64,000 bases of DNA. Origin: an uncultured Candidatus Saccharibacteria bacterium. GTDB taxonomy: Bacteria > Patescibacteriota > Minisyncoccia > Phycocordibacterales > UBA5272. Positions 20,613-30,936 of this stretch are shown here, in pieces. The stretch is from assembly GCA_964621595.1 (NCBI GenBank), contig CAZUPO010000001.1, forward strand, positions 78,758 to 142,757. The letters are read 5' to 3'. The notes under the pieces are model-generated. The model was not told the origin of the DNA and ran no database searches. It was given only the letters and a program-made list of their open reading frames with translations. Position 1 is the stretch's first letter. Each line of letters opens with the position of its first letter. The position numbers and the translations under genes were made by a program.

Positions 20613-20655
20613 ATGATAAAAAGTATACCATGTATGCACCTCAAACAAGCCCCTT

Positions 20656-22401
20656 TTAACCTATTTGCTCTAGTTTTTTGTCTATTTCTTTTTCTGTGAT
20701 TTCAAGTCGCTTTTTGAATTTTTTAAGGATAGTTTGCTCTTCTTTTGTAAGTTCTCGCTTCTTCTCAGCCTTGACCAAAATAGTATGGAATTCTTCCGTA
20801 TCTCGACGAAGGGCGATGACATTAGTGCGCAAAGTATTTTCTACCTCGTCTATAGTACGACGAACCTTTCTTCTAAAGCGTGAAAACTGCACAAGTGAGT
20901 ACCAAAATGTGGCAACAATACAGAATGACGCTATAACAAGGATAAGTACAACTGACAACCAATTCATCACAAAAATACCCATTTTCACAAGAGGCACGTA
21001 GTCTACGATGATAGCCTTGTTGTTGGTGTAATCGCTTGCTGACCCCTTACTATCAACAACTCGAGCTTTCAACTCATAAACACCACGATCAAGATGTTTA
21101 CTCCAAGTAAGGTGGAAAACACCTGCCTCGTCAGAAGTTGTTGTTTCCGTTTCTATGTTGCCATCCTTATCAAGAAGGGCGACTTCTACGGTTGATGACG
21201 GATAAGTTGCACCTGCGACTTTGAGTGTGTTTTCGAAGGTTACGTTTTTTGTGTATTCAGTAATTGTCGGAACAGTAAGTGCTTGAATAGTGAAATCGAT
21301 TGATACAGTACTGGTGTTACCTGCTTTATCTACAGAACTAATTACAACAGTATGTTTACCTGATATTTGTCGTGATAGACGATATAAATGCGTTGGTTCT
21401 ACTTGATATTTAGTAGCCTCTCCCCCATCAACACTCATAGTTATGTAGTCAACACCAGAAAGGGAGTCCTCTGTCAGAATTTGTATTGCCGGGGTCGTAT
21501 TGGTAGTGACAACACCATCTGGGAAAGAAGCAGCGAGAGATTCTGGTGCCTGGGTATCTATTTGGAATTTAAAGTGAGCAACTGGTCCCCATGTCGTACC
21601 ATTTCTAAACTGCACATGCATGTACATGACGCCATCTTGATCGGCTACAAATGATCTATTAGGCACTGGTGGGTCATAGACCTTGGAGGGTGTTGAGTTG
21701 TCTTTTTCGTTATAGAGTGTTCGTACGGCAGTGACTTGAGGCGGCACTGTCCACTCAAATGTAGCCTCCCTGCTTTTATACCACTTATCAGAACTTGGGT
21801 GAGTGGGTGAAGTGATTGCTGGGATAAGAGTATCTGACGTTGGAGTTACTACCACTTGTGGTTCTGGTGTTTCTTGCGCCTCAGTTACGATGACAAAAGC
21901 AGAACCAAGTGTACCTGTTACATTTGTGGCATTGCCGTCATTTGCAAGAACTGATCCCGACTTAACGTTTATATTTATATTCCCGGCTTGCTTTGCTTTA
22001 AAGGTGACGGTAATGACTTTACCGGATGCGCCACTAAACCCAGGATTGAGTGCAACACCCTCCAAGGAGACCGTTCCATTACTATTAGAATATGATGGTT
22101 CTTCCGCCCAAAGATTTATAAAAGATCCCGACTTTGATAACGAGGTAACGGTGAGAACATCTGACGGGAAACTAAGCGCAGCAGAAACGGCATTTATGTT
22201 ATCTGTATTATTACTAACAAGAACATCAACTGTAAAAGTTTTGCCAACTTTGGTTGTGATAGAGGATGGCGTGAGAGAGATATTAGCTGCAAATATCGTC
22301 TGAGGAGCAAAACTAAAGACAACACAAAAGAGACCCAGTACTACGACTCTACTTCGTTGTCTTTTTAGTTGTAACAAGAACCGGTAGATAGTGCTTACCA
22401 T
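20656..22401 (-). CDS. Secreted cohesin + Ig-like domain protein with C-terminal TM and coiled-coil tail
   Basis: Signal peptide; cohesin-like GKTFTVDV..INAVSA.LSF...VTFKAK; VDKAGN Ig repeat; C-terminal TM. Confidence 0.7.
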   Translation of the reverse strand: MVSTIYRFLLQLKRQRSRVVVLGLFCVVFSFAPQTIFAANISLTPSSITTKVGKTFTVDVLVSNNTDNINAVSAALSFPSDVLTVTSLSKSGSFINLWAEEPSYSNSNGTVSLEGVALNPGFSGASGKVITVTFKAKQAGNININVKSGSVLANDGNATNVTGTLGSAFVIVTEAQETPEPQVVVTPTSDTLIPAITSPTHPSSDKWYKSREATFEWTVPPQVTAVRTLYNEKDNSTPSKVYDPPVPNRSFVADQDGVMYMHVQFRNGTTWGPVAHFKFQIDTQAPESLAASFPDGVVTTNTTPAIQILTEDSLSGVDYITMSVDGGEATKYQVEPTHLYRLSRQISGKHTVVISSVDKAGNTSTVSIDFTIQALTVPTITEYTKNVTFENTLKVAGATYPSSTVEVALLDKDGNIETETTTSDEAGVFHLTWSKHLDRGVYELKARVVDSKGSASDYTNNKAIIVDYVPLVKMGIFVMNWLSVVLILVIASFCIVATFWYSLVQFSRFRRKVRRTIDEVENTLRTNVIALRRDTEEFHTILVKAEKKRELTKEEQTILKKFKKRLEITEKEIDKKLEQIG

Positions 22402-23308
22402 AATGGTACAGTAAGGTCATTACTATAACTATGTATACAAGTATACGGGACTTTTTACCAAGATCTGAAGAGTTTTCAACAGGTGGTAGAGTTACATACG
22501 TATATGTCTTGTTCGTATAGAACACCTTTGCATGCACGTAGACGTGACGAGACTGATTAAGTAGGACGTAGGGATTTGATCCAACATGCCAGGAGATATC
22601 TTCGATATGAAATGGGCTATACTCTCCACTCTCAGCGAATGCAATGTGATCAATGAGTAGACTTGAGTCATGTTCGAAGACAAACATATACAAACCTCCG
22701 TTGGAAACAGCATCATTATGATCCAAGGTATACGATAGCGTTGGTGAAGATACGTAAGAATATATGTTTTCGCTAGTGAGGTCTGGCTGCCGTAACATCT
22801 TGGGGACAAAAATTCTTTTTGCAAACTCCTTATTCGATAGGAGCGTGGCTGTCTCATCGAATGCTCGGATTTGCACTTCTTCTAAACGAAGTTCTGAGAT
22901 ACCTTCTTTTTTAGGAACAAGGTTGATAATAAACAGGAGTCCTGGAGAAGATCCCTTAGTTCTGGAAGAAAGCACTCCGCGAAACCCGCCTGGGATAATC
23001 CCATCAAAAACAATATGCGTTTTGTTATCGATATACTTTTCTTCTGCAATTTTAGGCGGAGTTACCCACAGTGGAATACTTGTGTTACCTGCGATGATAT
23101 TTTTCACAACAAAACTATCACTGCGAAATGTAAACTCACCACCGACACCACTCACAACGTCTCCCTCTGGATCAAGATACACGAGCACGGGTACGGGTTC
23201 TCCATTGGTACCGACCCTAGTAGGAGCCTCTAGGTAGATTCGAGCAGCAAGCGCTTGATCTGCGCCCCAGAGTATACTTAGTATTATAAGGAATAAAAAA
23301 TTTTTCAT
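22349..23308 (-). CDS. Secreted cohesin-like protein with C-terminal TM
   Basis: Signal peptide; N-terminal beta domain paralogous to its neighbour (LW..P...FDGIIPGGF); C-terminal hydrophobic helix. Confidence 0.55.
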   Translation of the reverse strand: MKNFLFLIILSILWGADQALAARIYLEAPTRVGTNGEPVPVLVYLDPEGDVVSGVGGEFTFRSDSFVVKNIIAGNTSIPLWVTPPKIAEEKYIDNKTHIVFDGIIPGGFRGVLSSRTKGSSPGLLFIINLVPKKEGISELRLEEVQIRAFDETATLLSNKEFAKRIFVPKMLRQPDLTSENIYSYVSSPTLSYTLDHNDAVSNGGLYMFVFEHDSSLLIDHIAFAESGEYSPFHIEDISWHVGSNPYVLLNQSRHVYVHAKVFYTNKTYTYVTLPPVENSSDLGKKSRILVYIVIVMTLLYHYGKHYLPVLVTTKKTTK

Positions 23309-23314
23309 AATAGA

Positions 23315-24241
23315 TTATCCAGTCCAACAATACGCAAGAATACTTAGGTCGGTGAGATTGACTCTTCCGTCACTATTGAGGTCGACCTTCAGTGGAAATC
23401 CGAGTCGTTTATACCAAAACGCCATAATACTAAAGTCTAACAAATTAACACGACTATCATTATTAAGGTCACATCTAGCGTTCACAAGACTTACCTTTGT
23501 TTTTCTCATAACATTTTGTTTACCAACAGTGAAAAGAAGTGGGTTAGAGAATGCTGACAGGGAACCTGCAGTTGAAGACCGAACCTTTGCTGTTAAATCC
23601 CCTTCTCCCACCTCTTTCGAATCAAACACTAGACGCCACGAACCATCTTTACCTGAGATTAGATTTTTTGTAATACCATTTTTATAATATACCGTAAGTG
23701 CTATATTAGAGTTTGGAATTGCTTTACCAGAGAAGATTATCGGTGTACCTCTCAGAACTTCTATTTTGTCCGAGGTGATGGTTGGAGACAGATAGATATC
23801 GTTAACTGTTGTAACTTCTAGGGGTGGGATATAGATTGTATAGGTTGTAATGGCAGAACTTAGACCATCGTACTCGGCTTTTATTCCAAAAGTATATGTA
23901 CCTGATTTTATGTTACGAACAGGTACTTCGAACGTACCATCCTGATTGGCAGGTAAGGTATTCAGAGGTAGACCATTCTTCAGAACAGTGACCATACTTC
24001 CCGGATAAGCGTACCCGCGGAAAAGTGCAGAATCTGTTCCAGACTCATCAGTGAGTGGAACACCATTATTAGTGATAGGACTTGGGCTGGGTGGCGGAGT
24101 TATGGGAGGGATTCCGTTGTCGTGAACGTCAGCAAATATATCGATAGATTCTTGTAGAGAAGCCGATAACTGGGCAGAAGCAAACTGAGTGAATGAAACC
24201 AAACTAACAAAAACAAAGGCTGTTTTTGTAAGTAGTCTCAT
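23315..24241 (-). CDS. Secreted Ig-like protein with C-terminal type I dockerin
   Basis: Duplicated Ca-binding loops DLNNDSRVNLLDF and DLNSDGRVNLTDL. Confidence 0.8.
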   Translation of the reverse strand: MRLLTKTAFVFVSLVSFTQFASAQLSASLQESIDIFADVHDNGIPPITPPPSPSPITNNGVPLTDESGTDSALFRGYAYPGSMVTVLKNGLPLNTLPANQDGTFEVPVRNIKSGTYTFGIKAEYDGLSSAITTYTIYIPPLEVTTVNDIYLSPTITSDKIEVLRGTPIIFSGKAIPNSNIALTVYYKNGITKNLISGKDGSWRLVFDSKEVGEGDLTAKVRSSTAGSLSAFSNPLLFTVGKQNVMRKTKVSLVNARCDLNNDSRVNLLDFSIMAFWYKRLGFPLKVDLNSDGRVNLTDLSILAYCWTG

Positions 24242-24249
24242 GACTCATA

Positions 24250-25233
24250 TTACTTGCCACTAGCAAGACGAGCCTGTTTAATAATCCAAGCGTTATATCG
24301 CTTAAGTGCGAGACGTAGGAGAGCAAATATAACGAGACAGATTACAAGAACAACAACCATAAGGTGCCATGGGAATACGAATAGATAAAGTGACTTAACT
24401 GAAGATCCACTATTTCCGAAAGTGACATTGAGTTTTGCAGAATAAACACCGAGTGCAAAGTTTCTCATTTCATACTTCACGAAAGTAAAGAATGATGCTG
24501 AAGTTGCTGGAGCATCTTCATCTCCCCACCGTACCTCAAAACGACGAATACTGCCTGGTAGAACGTTTCCTTCATTCTTGTTGGCATTTAAACTAACCGT
24601 GGTCATGCCAATCATGTTCTTCACTGTGATATCACCAGTTGGCTTCACGCGATCTCCACCGTTGTTATTGAAACGGTAAATAAAATCTACAGGAAGTGTG
24701 GTGATAAGTTTCTTTTCACCCTTAAGGAAGAATGAGAGTACACCCCCTTCTTCTTTAATATCACCAGATACACGAAGCATCATGAGCATCCCAATCTTTG
24801 CACCCACAGAAACTTCATTTTCACCTGAAGTTGGTGGTACAGTACTTAAGAAGATCGCAGCAAAATGTCCACCCGCATCTGCATCTTGAGGAACCTTAAC
24901 CTTAAAAGGAATTTTGATCTTTTCGCCAGGCTTGATAACAACTTTTTCTGTTACGTCTACCCATGAAGCAAGACCTATTTTTTCTCTGGTGAAATTAGGT
25001 GTTCCAGATTCTCCCTGTGCTTCAAAATTTTCAATAGAAGTATAGTACGTTTGCTCAATACTTTGCTCGTTAATGATCGTAAAGGTCTCCTCTACTATAT
25101 CGCCTGGATTTGCACCAAGTTCAACTTTTGCAGGAGAAATAGTGAGAGCACTGGCATACCCTACCGCAACGAAAGTAATAACTGGTAGCGCGAGTATTTT
25201 TAGGATTTTCTTGAACGTTCTAGCGTGTGTCAT
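24250..25233 (-). CDS. DUF916/WxL-interacting-like (chaperone-like) membrane-anchored protein
   Basis: Signal peptide, ISPAKVEL..NPG, VP.DA.AGGHFAAIF, F.NNG...P.G second domain, C-terminal TM plus basic tail. Confidence 0.6.
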   Translation of the reverse strand: MTHARTFKKILKILALPVITFVAVGYASALTISPAKVELGANPGDIVEETFTIINEQSIEQTYYTSIENFEAQGESGTPNFTREKIGLASWVDVTEKVVIKPGEKIKIPFKVKVPQDADAGGHFAAIFLSTVPPTSGENEVSVGAKIGMLMMLRVSGDIKEEGGVLSFFLKGEKKLITTLPVDFIYRFNNNGGDRVKPTGDITVKNMIGMTTVSLNANKNEGNVLPGSIRRFEVRWGDEDAPATSASFFTFVKYEMRNFALGVYSAKLNVTFGNSGSSVKSLYLFVFPWHLMVVVLVICLVIFALLRLALKRYNAWIIKQARLASGK

Positions 25234-25270
25234 GATAGGTTATTTGTGAGTGAATAATTGCTATACCTCT

Positions 25271-26359
25271 TTAGAAGTTAGCGGTTGCTACGTATGTGAG
25301 GTTGGCAGCATAGGTACCTGCTTCTGTAATCGCTGCGATGTTTGTAACATATCGTAATGAAAGAGTTGCTGTCGCGGTTGATCCTGTACCACTAGCAAAC
25401 AAGTCCGATGTAGTTGCTGTTGCTCCATATGCATATGATGATGCCGCTCCGTAGGCTGAAGCAATACTAACCCCCGTTCCACCTGAGAGAGTTGCCCTAA
25501 TACCGAACTGTTCCGTTCCAGGTGTTGAAGACGCATAACTAGAGCCAATTCCAGAAATAGTATTTGATGCATTTTGTAGTGAAGTAAGTGTTTGACCACG
25601 TACTGTAACAGAGAAACCAGACGCCGCGTTTGTTGATACACCTAATGAATGAGCAACTGTTTCAGTAGAATCACCTGAGGTATTTGTAGAAGAAGCGTAT
25701 TTTGCGCCACCTGAACCAAGAGTTCCGAAGTAGATAGTTGATGTAGAAATTGTAAACGTAAGAGACTGGTTAACTGTTCCTGTCATAGCAACAGTGTCAT
25801 CATCCAATATGTACACACCAATAGAACCTGTGTCTCCAAGAGTTCCCGCCAAGTCTACAGAGTACTGACCAGGTGTTGCTGGGTTTGTAATCTGTGATGC
25901 TCCTGCTGCTTGCGAGGTAGCATTCGAACCGATCTCAATCTGCACACATCGGTTAGCAGGAATTGTTGCAGTTCCTGAGGTGAAAGTAATAGTCTGACCT
26001 GACTGTGCTACACCCCATGTGTTACCAGATGCAGATGTTGAGAGTAGCGCATCGGTGAAGCCAGAACATGTTGCGGATGTTGAGGTTGCTAAGTCTACGT
26101 TGTTAACAGAGAAAGAGCCCATAGTAAACCCTGCTGGAAAAGTAACTGTAATCGTCTGACCAGCTGCGAGACCTGTTGGTGTAACGAACTGAATAGTATG
26201 ATCTGATAATGTACTAATTTTTACACTAGACATTGAATCAGAAAGAGACGACATTGATGCTGCATACGCAACGTTTAGTTGTATTACAGTACTACCAACA
26301 AGGACCGCAACACCCGTCAAAAAACTGAGTGCTGATTTATAATAACGCTTAAGAGACAT
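25271..26359 (-). CDS. Secreted Ser/Thr-rich two-domain protein (pilin/WxL-like subunit A)
   Basis: Signal peptide AYA; ends AGTYAANLTYVATANF; paralog of 26476-27573. Confidence 0.75.
   Translation of the reverse strand: MSLKRYYKSALSFLTGVAVLVGSTVIQLNVAYAASMSSLSDSMSSVKISTLSDHTIQFVTPTGLAAGQTITVTFPAGFTMGSFSVNNVDLATSTSATCSGFTDALLSTSASGNTWGVAQSGQTITFTSGTATIPANRCVQIEIGSNATSQAAGASQITNPATPGQYSVDLAGTLGDTGSIGVYILDDDTVAMTGTVNQSLTFTISTSTIYFGTLGSGGAKYASSTNTSGDSTETVAHSLGVSTNAASGFSVTVRGQTLTSLQNASNTISGIGSSYASSTPGTEQFGIRATLSGGTGVSIASAYGAASSYAYGATATTSDLFASGTGSTATATLSLRYVTNIAAITEAGTYAANLTYVATANF
25959..26083. repeat. 125-bp perfect direct repeat, copy 1
   Basis: Identical to 27164-27288. Confidence 0.9.
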
Positions 26360-26475
26360 AATGATTTGTTTTACGTTTAAATAAAATAAGACTTCTACAA
26401 TCTTACTACTTCTAAGTTTATCACTACAAAATAGGTTTTTCTGTGGATAAAGTACTGTTTTGATCGCTAACCAAA

Positions 26476-27573
26476 CTAGAAGTTAGCAGTTGCTACATAG
26501 ATAACGTTCGCAACGTAGGTACCCGCTTCGGTTAGTGATGATATGTTGGCAACATACCGGAGTGAATATGTGGTGGTATTAGTCGCACCGGACCCTGTGG
26601 CAAAAGTGGCGGAAGTAGTGGCGGTAGCATCGTATCCGTAAGATGTTGCAGCTGAGTACGTTGAATCTATTGTAGACCCTGTTCCTCCAGAGGCTGTTGC
26701 TCTAATACCAAATTGTTCTGAGTTGGGGGTAGAAGAGGCCGCTGTTGCTCCTATAAATGCTATTGTATTTGACGCATTTTGTTGTGAGGTAAGTGTTTGT
26801 CCACGGACAGAAATAGTGTAACCTGAGCCAGCGTTTGTAGACACGGCAAGCGTGTGCGCAATAGTTTCTGTGGAATCCCCCAATACGTTCGTTGAGGAAG
26901 CAAACTTCGCCGCACCTGTACTTAGTGCCCCAAAGTAAATGGTTGATGTGGAAATAGTGAACGTAAGAGACTGGGAGACTGTTGCACTAATGGTAACGGT
27001 ATCGTTAGTAATAATATTTTGGGTCGTGGAACCTGTATCAGTAAACGTACCAGCAATATCGGTAGTAGTAGCACCAGCGGTAGCTGGGTTTGTAATCTGA
27101 GATACACCAGTTGCTCCAGATGTCGCATTGGAACCAATCTCAATCTGAATACAACGATTCGCTGGAATTGTTGCAGTTCCTGAGGTGAAAGTAATAGTCT
27201 GACCTGACTGTGCTACACCCCATGTGTTACCAGATGCAGATGTTGAGAGTAGCGCATCGGTGAAGCCAGAACATGTTGCGGATGTTGAAGTTGCCAGGTC
27301 TATGTTGTTCACAGAGAATGTGCCCATGTTGTATCCGAGCGGGAATGTAATAGTAATTGTCTGACCAGCCGCGAGACCTGTTGGGGTAACAAACTGGAAG
27401 GTATGGTCAGAAAGTGTACTAACCTTAAGGGTTGATTGGGAGTCAGATACTGAAGTAAGGGCGGCGGCGTAGGCAACTTCTAGTTGTGAACCGATGGTTC
27501 CAACTGCGACGCTAATAATCACCATGATACTTAGTGTTGAGTGAAATATCGAGTGTTTAAAAATTTTCGTCAT
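26476..27573 (-). CDS. Secreted Ser/Thr-rich two-domain protein (pilin/WxL-like subunit B)
   Basis: Signal peptide AYA; ends AGTYVANVIYVATANF. Confidence 0.75.
   Translation of the reverse strand: MTKIFKHSIFHSTLSIMVIISVAVGTIGSQLEVAYAAALTSVSDSQSTLKVSTLSDHTFQFVTPTGLAAGQTITITFPLGYNMGTFSVNNIDLATSTSATCSGFTDALLSTSASGNTWGVAQSGQTITFTSGTATIPANRCIQIEIGSNATSGATGVSQITNPATAGATTTDIAGTFTDTGSTTQNIITNDTVTISATVSQSLTFTISTSTIYFGALSTGAAKFASSTNVLGDSTETIAHTLAVSTNAGSGYTISVRGQTLTSQQNASNTIAFIGATAASSTPNSEQFGIRATASGGTGSTIDSTYSAATSYGYDATATTSATFATGSGATNTTTYSLRYVANISSLTEAGTYVANVIYVATANF
27164..27288. repeat. 125-bp perfect direct repeat, copy 2
   Basis: Identical to 25959-26083. Confidence 0.9.
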
Positions 27574-27651
27574 GCAGTAACAAACCTAATGCACAATTTG
27601 GTTACTTATTACTTCAGTATACCACTTCTGCCCTATTTTTATTGGGGAAAA

Positions 27652-30600
27652 CTAAAAGTTTGCTGTCGCTACATACACAACACTTGTTGAGAAAACACTT
27701 GGTGGTGTGGTTGCTGCTATATTAAGAAGATACCTAACAGAAAATGTTGTTGTGGCATTATCACCGACTGTAGCACTAGCGATTGAAGATGACGTTGTGG
27801 CTGTTGCGGAATATGCAAAACCACTCGCGCTATAAGGAGTACTAACTGTTCCTGATCCACCGGTTGCTGTGAGACGAATGCCGAATTGTTCGGTATTGGT
27901 CGCAGATGCTGTATTGGTATTACCTATAGCATTAATAGTTGTGCTCCCTGAAGTCAATGTTGCGCCACGAACACTAATCGTATAGCCGTTAGTTGCATTT
28001 GTGATGACAGAAAGGGTGTGTGCCTCAGTTTCTACATCGCTCCCAAGAAGACTGGTACTCGATGCGTACCGCGATGCTACTGGACTAGCATTACCAAAAT
28101 AGACACTGGATGTTGAAATTGTAAAAGTTAATACCTGGGGTATGATTCCATTACTCTCCTCATCCCACTCCACTAAAAAACGATATCGTACGTTAGCGTC
28201 CCCCGTCGCCTGTTCATTATATAGTGCTATACCTTCACCAGATTTTAAAACCAGTTCATCGCCATAATAAATGCTGTCTTCTTGATCACCAAACGGTTGA
28301 TTAACTACGCCCGGTGTAGTTCCGCTAACGAGGCGAGACGACGTCGATTGCATTAATGAAACAGTAACGCCCGTTGTTCTTATTTCTGCTGTTGTTGTAG
28401 CAGTATTTGAGTGTTTCTTAGGAATACTTGTCGAGGCAACAGAGGTTCCGCCAGAATGTGAAGAGATTTTACGTAGACTAAACGGAGTATACGCCGGCAC
28501 CGTTGCTGCCCCACTACGATTTACCTTAGTCATTAATTTTTTAATGATAAAGTTTTTTCCTGACCCAGTTGGATTAAAAAAAGTTGAATACACATACCCA
28601 AGAGAAGTACTTTGATTTATTGGACCACTCGTATACAAATATTGACCTAAAGAAGACGGCGCACTCGCGGCCTCTTCCCACTCAATTAAAAGCCTTACAC
28701 GGAGGTCAGCATCTCCCGCTGCGTCTTGGTATAGACCAACTCCTTCTCCGGGCTGGAGAACAACGTCTTCGTTGTTAGAAAAAAGAACTTCTGCGTAACC
28801 AGTATTTCCTGCTGCAGCACTCGCTACAGCTCCCGGTGTTTGGATGGCTATCATTTTGGAATCAGTTGTACCAGAGAATGTCGCCGTTACACCTGTGTGT
28901 CGAATTTCCATAGAACTCGTGGCGCTCCCTGTATTTTTCTTTGGATAACTGCTCGAGGCAACGAGAGTACCTGCCGAGGCGGCACTGAGACGGCGCAATT
29001 GAATTGGTATATACACTGCCGCCGCAACGGTATCTACTCTGATTCGTATGCGTTTTATAATTGCTGTCTTACCAGAACCAGATGGATTAAAAAAAGTTAC
29101 GTAGTTATAACTTGCTCCAGTATTTCCATTTATTGGGCCTATAGACATAACATACTGGTTTTGGGCGGTTGGGGCGCTTGCTTCCTCATCCCATTCAATA
29201 AGAATTTTTACTGATAGAGCAGCACTTGAGGTAAGTACATCATTATATAAGCCAATCCCCTCCCCCTCTTTAATAACAAGTTTCTCATTATCACCAAAAA
29301 CAATTTCTTGTTGTCCAATAACTTGCCCGACAGCACCAGCGCCAGTAACAGAAATAATTTTTGCATTTGCATCCCCAGCATAGGTTGCCGTTATTGCGGA
29401 AGTACAGGCCTGTAAACACCAGCGTATCTCCATAGAACTTGTGGCACTACCTGTATGTTTTTTTGGGTAACTACTGGATGCAACAAGAGTGCCCGCACTC
29501 GCTGCAATTATGCGCCTAAATTGTAACGAAGTATATGCTGACGTAGTGGTAGCATTCGCACGAATTACAAGCCTTTTTATTATAGCTGTCTTTCCAGATC
29601 CAACAGGATTAAAAAATGTATATAGTGAAGTATTGGCTGCTGTTGCGGCAGCAACTTTGTCTGATGCCCAAATATACTCACCCTGAGAACTCGGTGTGTT
29701 ACCTGTCGTGACTTCACCCCACTCTATAATCATACGTGTTAACTGATTAGCGTTACCTGCTGCTTCTGATATAAGAGCAATACCTTCACCTGGCTGAAGG
29801 ATAAGTTGCTCATCGTGATGATCAAAATCAATCTCCTGCCATCCTGTGGCTTGCCCCGCCGCACCACAGGGAGTTACGTGCCCGAGGCGAGCATCTGTAC
29901 CACCAACTTGAGTTACTGTTACGTTGGTATACCGAAATTCCATCGAAGTCGTAGCACCGCTCGTATTTTTCTTTGGAATACTTGAGGATGCGACCGCAGT
30001 ACCAGCAGATGCTGCGGATATTCTTTTAAGAACAATGTTGTTGGTGTATACCGCTCCGGCATCGCATGTTTCCGAGCCAAACCATATTCTTTTTACGACC
30101 GCCGTTTTACCTGATCCTGATGGGTTAAAAAAGGAATTATATACATAATTTGCTGCTGCAGCATTTTCCACACGTGGAAATGCAAATAAAAACTCATTTT
30201 GCGAGGGTGGTGGATTAACAGTCTCATCCCACTCAATAAAAACACGTACCGCCGCTGCTGCGGTTCCAGCCGCTTCTTGATAGACAGCGACGCCTTCCCC
30301 TGGTTGCAAGACCAGAGTTTCTTCACTAGAATCAAACGTGATATCTCGACGACTATAGTACGATCCAACAGCACCTGAAAGAGGTTGTCCGAGGATGCGG
30401 GAATCAGTTGTACCAGACAAGGTTACAGTGGGGCCCGCTGTACGAACCTCCATAATTGAATCTGATGTACTAGCATTTTTATAAATATAACTAGTAGATG
30501 CGATTTGTGTTCCTCCTGTTGATGAAGATATCCTTCTCACACTTAAGTTAACGTAGTTAGACGCCGTGGAAGAAGCGGTATTCGCGCGAACTGCTATACG

Positions 30601-30936
30601 CTTTATAGATGCAGATCTTCCTGACCCGACTGGATTAAAAAAGGCTACGTAGACATAATTGGCTGTAACACTACCATTTACCGGACCAATATCAAGCATA
30701 TACTCTTTTTCTGCGGGGTTGATTGCAGCATGAAGTCTGCTGGTGTTCACGAGAAAAGAATCTACAACATTTTTGTTCTTTTTTGCTAAATAAATTTTAT
30801 CTACAATATTAGTATTATGAAAAGACTCTTTAACATTCGTAAAGACATAAAGAAGTGCCTCCGTATTAAAACTATATGAGAGAGTTACGCCTATAAGAAC
30901 AAGAACTCCTATCTTTTTAATGAGCCTGCGTAACAT
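27652..30936 (-). CDS. Large secreted protein, five ~170-aa repeats plus shared C-terminal YVATANF domain (putative adhesin)
   Basis: FFNPxGSG...PKK...LVLxPGEG...IEWxE repeated five times; C-terminus paralogous to the two downstream genes. Confidence 0.75.
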   Translation of the reverse strand: MLRRLIKKIGVLVLIGVTLSYSFNTEALLYVFTNVKESFHNTNIVDKIYLAKKNKNVVDSFLVNTSRLHAAINPAEKEYMLDIGPVNGSVTANYVYVAFFNPVGSGRSASIKRIAVRANTASSTASNYVNLSVRRISSSTGGTQIASTSYIYKNASTSDSIMEVRTAGPTVTLSGTTDSRILGQPLSGAVGSYYSRRDITFDSSEETLVLQPGEGVAVYQEAAGTAAAAVRVFIEWDETVNPPPSQNEFLFAFPRVENAAAANYVYNSFFNPSGSGKTAVVKRIWFGSETCDAGAVYTNNIVLKRISAASAGTAVASSSIPKKNTSGATTSMEFRYTNVTVTQVGGTDARLGHVTPCGAAGQATGWQEIDFDHHDEQLILQPGEGIALISEAAGNANQLTRMIIEWGEVTTGNTPSSQGEYIWASDKVAAATAANTSLYTFFNPVGSGKTAIIKRLVIRANATTTSAYTSLQFRRIIAASAGTLVASSSYPKKHTGSATSSMEIRWCLQACTSAITATYAGDANAKIISVTGAGAVGQVIGQQEIVFGDNEKLVIKEGEGIGLYNDVLTSSAALSVKILIEWDEEASAPTAQNQYVMSIGPINGNTGASYNYVTFFNPSGSGKTAIIKRIRIRVDTVAAAVYIPIQLRRLSAASAGTLVASSSYPKKNTGSATSSMEIRHTGVTATFSGTTDSKMIAIQTPGAVASAAAGNTGYAEVLFSNNEDVVLQPGEGVGLYQDAAGDADLRVRLLIEWEEAASAPSSLGQYLYTSGPINQSTSLGYVYSTFFNPTGSGKNFIIKKLMTKVNRSGAATVPAYTPFSLRKISSHSGGTSVASTSIPKKHSNTATTTAEIRTTGVTVSLMQSTSSRLVSGTTPGVVNQPFGDQEDSIYYGDELVLKSGEGIALYNEQATGDANVRYRFLVEWDEESNGIIPQVLTFTISTSSVYFGNASPVASRYASSTSLLGSDVETEAHTLSVITNATNGYTISVRGATLTSGSTTINAIGNTNTASATNTEQFGIRLTATGGSGTVSTPYSASGFAYSATATTSSSIASATVGDNATTTFSVRYLLNIAATTPPSVFSTSVVYVATANF

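Noticed and set aside
20656-24241. Cellulosome
   Set aside because: Single cohesins and a dockerin on a non-catalytic Ig protein; no secreted glycoside hydrolase domains seen
25959-27288. Diversity-generating retroelement TR/VR pair
   Set aside because: The copies are identical rather than differing at adenines, lie mid-gene, and no reverse transcriptase is present
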